DNA of 63,242 nt, the filler included. It is 22 parts of 22 records of this genome, joined end to end, with 100 filler letters (N's around TTAATTAATTAA, not from the genome) between each part and the next. Parts side by side here need not be neighbours in the genome. Positions count along the whole stretch, not along the records: positions 25,318 to 27,682 come from SRR36015645_180907; positions 27,783 to 30,066 come from SRR36015645_181479; positions 30,167 to 33,856 come from SRR36015645_181874; positions 33,957 to 36,069 come from SRR36015645_182719; 18 more parts are not named here. One strand, given 5' to 3'. Shown here piece by piece: positions 25,507-36,169 of this stretch (position 1 is its first letter; each line of letters starts with the position of its first letter). Under the pieces are notes generated by a model. The model was not told where the DNA came from, did not search any database, and was given only the letters and a program-made list of their open reading frames with translations. A program made the position numbers and the translations under genes.

Positions 25507-27487
25507 AGTGTTTAAAGATAAGTATGATTCTTTATACGCTGATATATTTCGAGATTATGAGTATACCGATTCAGATGGCCCTCATGTAGTTGGCACGTTA
25601 AAGAAACATTTGAGTTTTTGGAAAAATTGTTTAGGTGCAAACTCAATGATTTTAGATTCATTGGAAAATGGGTACAAAATTCCATTCGATTCTATGCCGC
25701 AAAGAATGCACAAGAATAACAATAGATCGGCTTTAAACAATGGTGAATTCGTGACTGAAGCTATTTTGAGCCTTGAAAAAAGTGGCTTAATTTCCAGGTG
25801 CATTAATACGATTCCCAAGTGTGTAAACCCATTGTCAGTTGCTGATCAATCACATTCCAAGAAACGCCTTATACTTGATTTGCATTTAGTAAACAAACAC
25901 GTACAAAACCGGTCTGTTAAATATGAAGACATGAGGACTATGCTATTGTATCTGAAAAGGCATGGGTTTATGTACGGCTTTGACATAAAAGCAGCCTATC
26001 ATCACATTAATATATTTCATGAGCACAGGACTTATCTGGGCTTTGCATGGCCCTTTGAAGGCGTCATGACATATTTTGTATTCAATGTTTTGCCGTTTGG
26101 TCTTTCAGTAGCTCCTTATCTATGGGTTAAGGTGACACGGCCACTAGTTAAGAAGTGGAGAAGTGAAAGCAAGAATATTGTCTTATTTCTCGATGACGGA
26201 TTGGGGTGTTCATATAATTTCGAGACGGCTCAGTTACATAGCTCTGAGGTTAGAGCTGACCTTCTAAATGCTGGTTTTGTTATAAATGAAGACAAGAGTG
26301 AGTGGTTTCCCACTCAACGGAAAACTTGGATTGGGTACGACATTGACCTTTGTTCAGGGAGGTTCTCGATTCCTCAAGTAAGAGTAGCAAAAATCAAAGC
26401 GGACATAGAATCGGTTCTTAGCAATGAGGCGCACATGCATCATGTTAAATTCATTGCAAAAATTGTGGGTCAGATAATGTCCATGTCATTAGTTATGGGA
26501 AACGTTTGTCAGATTATGACAAAATCACTTTCATGTTGTATTGCTGAAGCTTCTTCGTGGAACAGTTATCTGTACCTTACTCCGCAAGCTATAATTCAGT
26601 TGCATTATTGGCTTCGCCACATTCAGGACCATCAGAGTTCAGATCTATTTTTCAAAGCATCGTGTGACCAGATTGTTTACAGTGATGCTAGTGAAACAGG
26701 GTGCGGAGCATACACTGTTAGTATGGGCAGTATGATTTTCCATAGTGAGTTTTCAGACACGGAAATCGGGACTAGCTCTACCTATCGAGAACTCAAGGCA
26801 GTGTTCTATGCTTTAGAAGCTTGGAAAAGCAAAATGCAATATAAGCGAATAAAGTGGTTAACTGATAACAAAAATGTAGAGATTATTATTCTGAAAGGGA
26901 GCATGAAGCCTTACTTACAAGATGTAGCATTTGAAATTTTTACATTGTGCATGGTGAACAATATTGTTATCGAACCGGAATGGATACCTCGGGCAGAGAA
27001 TGATGTGGCAGATTATTTGTCACGCATTGTTGACCTAGATGACTGGGGTGTCACTGACACGGTATTCACGTTTTTGAATAATGCGTGGGGCCCATACACT
27101 GTTGATAGATTTGCGAGGGCGCACAACACAAAATGTGCGAGATTCAATTCCCGGTTTTGGGAACCCTGCACGGAAGGTGTAGACACTTTTGCTATTAATT
27201 GGCATGGGGAAAATAACTGGGTCGTCCCTCCGCCGCATTTAATTAGTAGAACACTAATGCACATGAAAAACTGTAAAGCACAAGGAACTTTGGCTGTCCC
27301 GTTATGGAGAAGTGCGCCTTTCTGGCCTTTGGTGTGGGTTCATGGATCATGGGCATCCGAAATTACAGACTATGTTGATTTGCCATCTAGCAAACAATTT
27401 TACATCCCCTGTAAGTCAAGAAGGGGCCTCTTTGGTTTACAAGACCTGCCATTTAGAATGCTAGCAATTCGAGTATGCTTTGGTTAG
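25343..27487 (+). mobile_element. Tyrosine-recombinase retrotransposon (DIRS/PAT-like) RT + RNase H + Dam-like methyltransferase domain
   Basis: KKRLILDL, DIKAAYHHI, LPFGLSVAP, FLDDG; RNase H SDAS/RELKA/TDN/N.VADYLSR; MT-like VDRFA..N.K, WVVPP, VP.WRSAPFWP. Confidence 0.92.
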
Positions 27488-27782
27488 GCTTAGGCCTCGT
27501 TCGTTTTGAGCGGTGCATCTATTTTACAGGCCTACGTGTACACCTGCAACAATTTTACATTCCTATTCTTCAAAGCAATGCATAGGATTGTATCATACTT
27601 TTGTAAACTGCTAGTTCACAGGATACGGCACATACTTTATTATTCCATTCAGAATAGAAATTATTTCCATTATTATTGTAACNNNNNNNNNNNNNNNNNN
27701 NNNNNNNNNNNNNNNNNNNNNNNNNNTTAATTAATTAANNNNNNNNNNNNNNNNNNNNNNNNNNNNNNNNNNNNNNNNNNNN

Positions 27783-29108
27783 GCGAACAATTACGAGCGC
27801 TTGCTGGATGTGGCGCAACAACTGTCGACGCCTACGGACATGAACACAGAGACAGAGACTATAGCTTCAGAGGATGTTGTGGGCGAGTCGATACGCCTAT
27901 CACAAAGGTGTAGCAAGCGGCCAAGCAGTATCGCAGCTGCTAAGGCAACCAAAAAGCCGCGCAAACAGTCAGTCGGGACTACCATGCCAAACCGCCAGTC
28001 GCCAGCAAGTGCTCAAGTGGTATCGTCTGGGCATGAGGCACAGGATGTGTCGGCAGTGTCCGAACTAACTCTGTTGGCAAAATCGCTCCAAGAGTCAGCA
28101 ACAGCATTGACAGTGCTAATGGGGGCAGTATTGTCCGGCAGAGTATCTTCCCCACCAGACGTGACAGTGGATGAAGACATGAACTATATCGAGCCGGACC
28201 CGATCGCACAGGAGCGGAGCGCAGAAGAAGTGATACAAAAAGAGTTAGAGGGTGAAGGAATACGGATACTGCAAGAAGAGGCAGGAGAATTAACCGGTGT
28301 CGGACTAGCCGCAGGTACTTACAAAACCATGGCTCAAGGCAATATGTATGCTCATGTATCCCAAAAAGTTAAGGCAAAAATACTTAGCAATGAGTTTGTT
28401 AATCTGTTCGAACTGTTGCCCAGGGACAAAGGACTGGGGGAGGAAGAAAATGAGGAGAAGCAATTGATTTTCAAATGGGTAAAGGGGCAACAAACCTTAG
28501 CTTTGGGTTCAAACAGTAACTACAAGGGTAAAATCATGGGAATTGGGCAATGGACTACTGCATTCAACGTATACATGTCCATATACCTGGGAAAGTTTCC
28601 GGCGGAAACTCAAGGGCTATTGAAATACTTGGGCCGCATTAGACAAATGCAAGATTCATTTAGAGGCACAGCATGGCTACAGTATGATAGCGATTTTCGC
28701 AAACTGCGAGCGGAAGATGTGGAGGGAAACCCATGGGGAGGGGTAAACCTAGAACTATGGGCCTTTGCCATGAGCAAAGCGGAGGTGGGAATATCTAGGC
28801 CCAAGAGCTATGGTACGCGTAATATGTTCGATCTGAAATCTGACGTGGGGCGCCCTTTTCGGGGCCAGGGACATATTGCAAACAGGTTCCAGAGGGGCGT
28901 ATGTTACCAATTCGCCGAAAAAGGGTCCTGTGCGTATGGGCAACAGTGTCGATTTCGCCATGAGAGGGGACAAATGGCGAGACAAGCCACATTCGATAAC
29001 AAACATTCCCACACTCAGTCACGATCTGATACCAGTAACCCCAATAAGACCAACACAGGTAGAGTCGAGAAACATATTGCCAACCCCAATCAAAATAAGC
29101 AAGCTTAA
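27783..29108 (+). mobile_element. Ngaro/DIRS-like gag with CCCH finger
   Basis: EFVNLFELLP, WTTAFNVY, WLQYDSDFR, PWGGVNLELW, CYQFAEKGSCAYGQQCRFRH. Confidence 0.85.
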
Positions 29109-30066
29109 TGAATATTTATCAGGCTACAGCCCACAGCGAAAGGATGACTTGATCAGAAACTTAACATTTGGCTTTCGAGTGCATTATGAGGGCACACATA
29201 AAGGCATGCGAGCACGCAACTTGAAGTCTGCTTTTGACCATCCACACATGTTATCGAGCAAAATCAATAACGAAATCAGTTTAGGTAGAATAGCGGGTCC
29301 ATTTAACACACCCCCATTTGAGCCATTTGTTATTAGCCCCACGGGGTTGGTTGAAAAACAAACACTGGGGGAATACAGACGTATACACCACCTCTCATAT
29401 CCAGAGGGGGGAGATTCAGTAAATAGCCGAATTGATGAAAAATTTTGTCGCGTCTCGTATGCATCAATCGATGATGCCACATATGAAATCCAGAGACAGG
29501 GGAAAGGGGCACAGCTAGCGAAAACGGATATTAAATCAGCTTTTCGCTTGTTACCTATTCATCCGGATGACTACTACCTCTTAGGTTTCTCTCATCACGG
29601 CCAGATGTTCTATGATCGAGTCATGCCTATGGGCCTCAGCGCAGCCTGTCAGGCTTTCGAAAGCCTTAGTACTGCAGTCGAGTGGATTGCTAAAACTAAA
29701 AGGGGCATTAGCTCTGTAATACATGTCTTAGATGATTTCTTGATAATCGGACCACAACAAGCAAGCATATGCCAGATACAGTTGCGTGCGTTGTTAAATT
29801 TATTTGACGACTTGGGAATTCCTGTAGCACAGGAAAAAACTATGGGTCCCGACACTACGTTGGTCTTCTTGGGAATAGAACTGGATACTGTAGAAATGGA
29901 AGCCAGATTACCACTTGATAAACTGGTGAAATGTAGAAATGCAATCAAAGAGCTGCTAAATGTCAAGAGAACGACGTTAATTGAACTGCAGTCAACTGTG
30001 GGCCTATTAAATTTTTGCTGCAAAGTTGTGGTACCTGGCAGGACCTTCTTGCGACGCATGTATGAC
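28837..30066 (+). mobile_element. Ngaro-like reverse transcriptase (3'-truncated), +1 frame overlapping gag
   Basis: LPTPIK, GRIAGPF, IHHLSYP, AKTDIKSAFR, PMG, HVLDDF, FLGIELD. Frame opens after TGA at 28834-28836. Confidence 0.92.
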
Positions 30067-30359
30067 NNNNNNNNNNNNNNNNNNNNNNNNNNNNNNNNNN
30101 NNNNNNNNNNTTAATTAATTAANNNNNNNNNNNNNNNNNNNNNNNNNNNNNNNNNNNNNNNNNNNNCAACATGTTGGCACAAGATGATTCTGCTGAACGA
30201 TGCAAGTTAAATTTCTATTTTCCTAATTTATGCTAGTATGGTAAATATTATTATATAGGCCTAGGCCTATGGAATTTCGTATTTCTTTATCATTGATGGA
30301 AGTAGTCACATTACAGCATAAACCTATTTACATATCTATATACATGTATAGTTATCCAG

Positions 30360-33300
30360 CTACATGTGTGCATCTAGTACCATCAGATCCCCATTTTTCA
30401 AATCTCTTAGAAGAGGAAAGTGCCATGTCGTGTCTTCTTCATCGTCATCGTATCGCACTTCATATTCTGTCGCAATTGGGTTATTTACATTAGGTCCACT
30501 AATAGATACTACAGTGCCTTCAAACCAATCCACGTTGGAGTCTTTGTCATTTTCTTCTGCATAACATCTGTGCTTAATTTTCAGACCAATCAGATTAGTT
30601 GGATCCTTCTCGTACACAGCTAACTTTGCCTTTTCTTTCACCAAAACACGCTTTTCACGAGCCAAAAATAATTTCGCTGTCAAAAGCTTCTTCTGTGCCT
30701 GAAGTCCTACAGTTGCACTGTCGTTGGTAGCTGATTTCTTTGTATTAGTTGCCTCAACTGGTGCCATGGGATTTGTCCGAATTATTGTTTTCAAATTTTC
30801 TTTTAACTTCTCAACACTGAACTGCACTCGCTTCTTATCCTTTGTGCATGACTGTACAAATAGTTCTCGTGGACCCTTAGCAAACAGAACTTTTCTGTAA
30901 TATTGGATCTGATTCATTATGGTACCCCGCCCCGCGCTTCTTTATCGGAAAGATTTATCCTATCAACTTCTTCCTCTTTCGTGATTACCTTTCCAAACTC
31001 GGCTAACTTATTAGTGATATTCACTTTTAGTTCTTTCGCTTTGAGCTCAGTTTTCCTTTTGTCCTCCTGTTTTCGCATGAGAATTTGGTGACGCTGCTCT
31101 TTTATTTGTTTAGCACGGTCGCGAAATCGATCTTGCGCATTGTAAAATTCTCTTCGGGCCTCTGACATTACTTTTTCTTTTTCTGATTCACCTTTCTCTT
31201 GCAGCCACTGGCTAGTCTTATTGTTCATCCACATAATTAATGTGGATTGTGCCAACATTGTAGCAGCAGGTTTGATGCGCACAAGCAAATCTAAGATGGC
31301 AAAATCACGTTCAGATACCATGTTTGTTGTGGGTACCGCTTTAGATGCATCCAAAAGAAAATTGTCTGGATTACTGTATTTGCCACCAGGTAGTTGATCT
31401 TCACACTGCCTCTCTAAAATAAGAAGCAGGCCGTGGCAAAGCATTTCTAGACATTGCTGTGTCAGAGCATTAAAGTCTTCCTCTTGAGGCGCAAACAGAG
31501 CTTCATATAATTCATCTTTATGAATGTCAACATCTGCTTCAGAAAAAACAGGTTCAGCATTGAGCAGAGGAGCGGCATCACTACACAAATTCTCCAAAGC
31601 TAACTTCATCTGTAAAAGATGCTTGTTAAGTGACAAAATGTTTTCTGCTTTCTCCACAATACGCCAGTAGGGTCCAGTAATAAGTTTATCGATGATTCCC
31701 AAGGAGCGTACACCAACAACATGTGGCATGTGAGATAAATCTTCTTTTACTGCCAGTAGTAAATTGTTTGGATTTGGCCAGGTAGAAAGAAATTTTGTCA
31801 TATCATCCTTATGATAGAAAATTGCAGCTCCGTTGTAAAACATAATGTTTATGCGCTGACCGTGCACATCTGGAAGCAGTAACTTTTTATCCGTCATTTC
31901 CAAAAACGTCTCAAAATAGTGGGATACACCTGCCTCATCACTTCCGCGAGGGTGAAATGCCTTGGCAGCTGTACGCAGTAAGCGGCATGTTCCTGATTCG
32001 CTCGAAGCAAAAGCGTGCTCCGATTGGGCTTTGCCGACCACATCTTCGAACAATTTTAAGACCGAGTCACATTCGGACGCCATATTAACAAGTACGTGCA
32101 TTTTGCAATAAAAATTTCCCATGTGTGCCAACTGTGCCTGTGTATTTGGTGAAAGGATGTTCCAATTTGGTATGACTTGTGGTAAAAGCTCCTTTCGAAA
32201 CTCTTCTAGATTTCGATTGAAGACCGGCATCGTGGAACCCTGGTCGGACATTGTGTTTTTAATTGACAAAACTAATTCAGCAACAGACGTTTCATTTTTT
32301 GTAATTTTCGATAAGTCGGTAACTAAGTCCTTGAAGTCTGATGTGATCGTTTCCGAATCTTGTCCGCCGAGCTCTCCCATCCCCATGCTCAGTTGCTTTC
32401 CGGAACTTAGTGTTACCTGCCATCCTTGGTAATGTTTGTGAAATTTAGTGGTTGCGTCTCCGTGCACAGTGTGTCCTTCCGATGTTAACATTTCTTGTGC
32501 TACTTGCACTTTGGCTATATGGGATGCTTCAACTAGTAAGCGTGACTTTACTGCATTACTTGGCAGACGATTAACCGATATGCCTGCCAAATTTTTCAAC
32601 ACTGTTTTTATAACACTGTTTACATGGTTCATGCTCACGTTCATTGATAGCAGGGACATAATCGTTTCTCGTACCTCATCATTGTAGCGTCCGTTTTCGA
32701 ACGTCTGAATTTCGGCTTTTTCCATTAGCGCATTTACAGACTGCAAATGTGTTATCTCGGCATGCAAGTCTTTTATTTCTGTTTTTAGCGAAGCAACTTC
32801 GTCTTCATACAAACTGTCTACTTCGGTGCTTTTTATTTTTCTGCTCTTCAGGTACAATATTTTCTTTCCGAGTGCTTTTTTGCTCGCTCTGTGTTCTCTC
32901 AAAGAGGATTCCAATTTTTCATGTTCCGCTCTTAAAGTACCTACTTGCTCCTCAACCTTTTTTAATGTGTTGCTTTCCTCTTTCAAGCCATCAATCTCAC
33001 TTCTTTGTTGCTTTATTTTTGATTCCTTTCTCTTAAGCTTTTTATTTAGGTTGCGGACATTTTTTGATGACGACTGTGCACACTTTTCCTGCATCTTAAA
33101 TAGTTTGTCGGTGCATTCTTTATAACTACTGTTCAGTTTGTCAAGTTCACTCTGCAACATTGCTTTTGATTCTCTATCTTGCGCTATTTTCTCTATCAAA
33201 GCATCTGTTTTCGTGTTCAGCGAGTTCATTAGCTCTATTTGAGAATTGTATTTGGTCTCCCAATCATCCGATAGTTCAAATTGTTTTGCAATGTCTCGCT

Positions 33301-33646
33301 GAAGTTTTTTATTTTCGCGTTTCATTTCACCAATTACAGCTTTCAGTTTACGTTTACGCGGTGTTAGTGAATCAACATTCCTCTGGGCACAAGGATCTGT
33401 CGCCATGTAATTCTGCAGCACATCCAATTTCTTTTTCGATGCAGAGCCTTTTTTCAAAGAAGTTATTTTGTCGTAAATGTACTTGAGTTTTTTGTATAAC
33501 ACAGAATTATCTAGGTTTTTGAACATTTCCGGCACACAATCAATTTTGCGAACCGCACTACCCACAGAGTTCATTGTACGTTCTGTTGCAGGTATAGATA
33601 TCCACACATGATACAGGAGCTCGTTGCAGAACTTGTTTTCCTCCAT
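30360..33646 (-). pseudogene. hAT-related (DDE, CxxH) transposase with N-terminal coiled coil and C-terminal Spindlin/Tudor-like domain; split by a 5-bp duplication at 30925-30934
   Basis: HGDATTK (D), TMSDQ (D), FYCKMH, TTNMVSERDF (E). Removing one CCCCG copy joins the 909-aa and 185-aa ORFs (..EARGTIMNQIQ..). Confidence 0.7.
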
Positions 33647-34009
33647 ATTTATCGTTGTCTAGTTATGTTGAAATGGTCCATGACTAGGCCTATTATCTGA
33701 AGTGCAAAAAAACAAAAAGAAAGAAATTAAAACCCATTAGTAGGCTAGGTGCAATATATACCAAAAAGAAAACCCAATAAAATTTGCTAGTTTAGGGAAT
33801 CGTTCCGAAAATCATGATGATATGAAAAACCAACAACGTACACCAATCCATTTCCGNNNNNNNNNNNNNNNNNNNNNNNNNNNNNNNNNNNNNNNNNNNN
33901 TTAATTAATTAANNNNNNNNNNNNNNNNNNNNNNNNNNNNNNNNNNNNNNNNNNNNTCAGAGACCAACAGTTGAATCTTGTTTTTAATAATTTTAATTTT
34001 TTATTTTAG

Positions 34010-36069
34010 ATTATACACCAAAACACTTAGCATCATTGACGTCAACATGCAACCAACACTGTAGAAACTTTCAGTTGGAGCGCTTCACAACGAATATTCA
34101 ACTAAAAATACATCGGTTCAAGGATAGCTGTTACAAAACATTTTTTGAAATGGAGATAGACAATGAAGGTTGCCTAAGAGACATCATGAATAAACTCGTT
34201 AAGGGTAAACGTGGATACTACCCCTTGGAAGATAATTCACACCTAAATGACGTACTGCATGATGGTTGGGACCGTTGCGTTGTCAACGACGATGACGTCA
34301 ACCATGTCGTCAATGGATCCCTGAAAATTCGCTTTCGAAAAAAGGGATCTTTTGTCATCGGCAAGTGTTCGTTTTTTCGAGAAAAGTCGAAATCTGCTCA
34401 ATAGACTGTAGGCATAATGCCTTATGCTGATGTTAAACTGAAACATTTTTTGCAGTACTCTGTTAATGATGTTGTTCGTTTCACGGAATTGGAAAATGGC
34501 GTAACATTAAATCCAACTAATGACGAACTCGAGCATCTACGTGGTCGCGGCCGTGGGTTCGTAAGTAAACATAACAGAACTTATAGGCAATTAAGTAAAA
34601 AGAAGCGTGAGGCACTACTACAATCAGTGTATAAATGGCAATTATCTGAAGCAAATTTTGTTTGTCTCAGATTGAAGAACAGGGAATTGCGACGCGAAAA
34701 TGATCAGTTAAAACAGCGAGTGCTTGGGTTAAAAAATGCAAGTAATGCAAGGAAATCACGGCAGGACTTTCGTGATCTTACATCGTCTAACGCCAGGAAA
34801 CAAAGGAGGAAAAAAGCTGGTATTCCATCACCAAAAAAACTCACGCCGCGTAAAGCTTTAAAGAGTAAAGATTTAAAGCAAATATCTGACAGACAGTGGA
34901 AAGTGTTATCCAATACTGCACCGGGTAATGTAATTCCATCTTTACGCACGGTGCAGCGTGTGAGTAAAAAGTTAAACAGACTATCTTCCCAGCATATTAG
35001 TGTACATCAAAATTATGCTGTACGCTCCGATGTGAAAGAGGCAGTTGTAGAATGCCTTAATTATGCATCACCCGATAATGAAACAGTATTTTTGAAGCTA
35101 TCAGGAGATGGCACTTTCCCGGGCAGACAAAAAAGTGACGGTGTTATAAACATCTGTATTGAACTTATTAAGCCTTGTATAGAAGTTAGGAAAGTTGTTT
35201 CGATTGCTATTGTCCGTGGCTCCGAAAACGAAGGAACGTTGAAAAACATCATGAGCAAAATTGATACTGAAATCGGTGATATAAAGCGTAATGGTATTCC
35301 TGGTTTGGAACGCCCATTCAGACTCTTCCTTGGAGCAGACTATAAGTTTCTCCTCCTTGTTCTTGGATTAAGTGCCGCAACCAGTACCTACGCGTGCATC
35401 TACTGTGATGTTTCTAAAGATGAACGGTGGTCAAAAGCAGGCAGGCCACGAACTGTTGAAGATCTTGTAAACAATGCATCAAAGTTACGCAAGCAGCGTT
35501 GTTCCACAAAAGATGTTCTAAGCCAAAAGCACGTGCCACTTCTCACAAACATCCCTATAAGTGACATAGTGTGTGACGAGATGCACTTAATCCTTCGTGT
35601 CTTTGACAAATTATGGGATGTCGTTACTCCAAAATTAAAGCTGAGCGGTGAATATGACAAACTATGTCGTGCTGTAAACACAATATTAAAGCGGAACGTT
35701 AATGTAGGAAGTGATGACTTGCTCCGAAGCACGGAGTTGAGTATGAATGAAAGGGTCAAACTGCTACGTTGCTTACCGGGCAATGACTTCTTCCCAGAAA
35801 ACCAAATATTTAATTGTGGTAAACAATTCATAGAGATTATTGAGCACATTGATGTAGTGCACAATACATGTGCCTCTGTAGAAACCATTGTATCTTATAC
35901 AAAAGATAGTACTTGGAATTTTATTCATAACTTAGTTAAATACATACCTAGAGCTGCTGTGACACCATATTTACACATATTTTGGTACCATTGGCACAAA
36001 ATTGTTCGGCGCACTGAAGGGTACATTCATGACTTTAATCAACAGCTGGTTGAACAAAGCAACATTGCA
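34010..36069 (+). mobile_element. RAG1/Transib-like DDE transposase (3'-truncated); the upstream 34036-34404 segment is in the same frame behind one TAG
   Basis: KLSGDG (D), LGADYKFL (D), CIYC, DEMH, TPYLHIFWYH, QQLVE (E), in the same order as the RAG1 core motifs. Splice acceptor ttttttattttag at ~33997-34009. Confidence 0.7.
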
Positions 36070-36169
36070 NNNNNNNNNNNNNNNNNNNNNNNNNNNNNNN
36101 NNNNNNNNNNNNNTTAATTAATTAANNNNNNNNNNNNNNNNNNNNNNNNNNNNNNNNNNNNNNNNNNNN

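Noticed and set aside
25343-27487. Bacterial retron, DGR or group II intron RT, or an RT-methyltransferase defence system
   Set aside because: RT-RNase H-MT order with an upstream zinc-knuckle gag is the known DIRS/PAT layout.
25318-30066. Adjacent RT elements, or adjacent transposases elsewhere, as a multi-gene system or operon
   Set aside because: They are on separate contigs; adjacency across spacers is artificial.
30915-30919. TAATG stop-start translational coupling (also at 44837-44841)
   Set aside because: Each is more simply explained by a small indel (5-bp duplication; 1-nt loss) in a single ORF.
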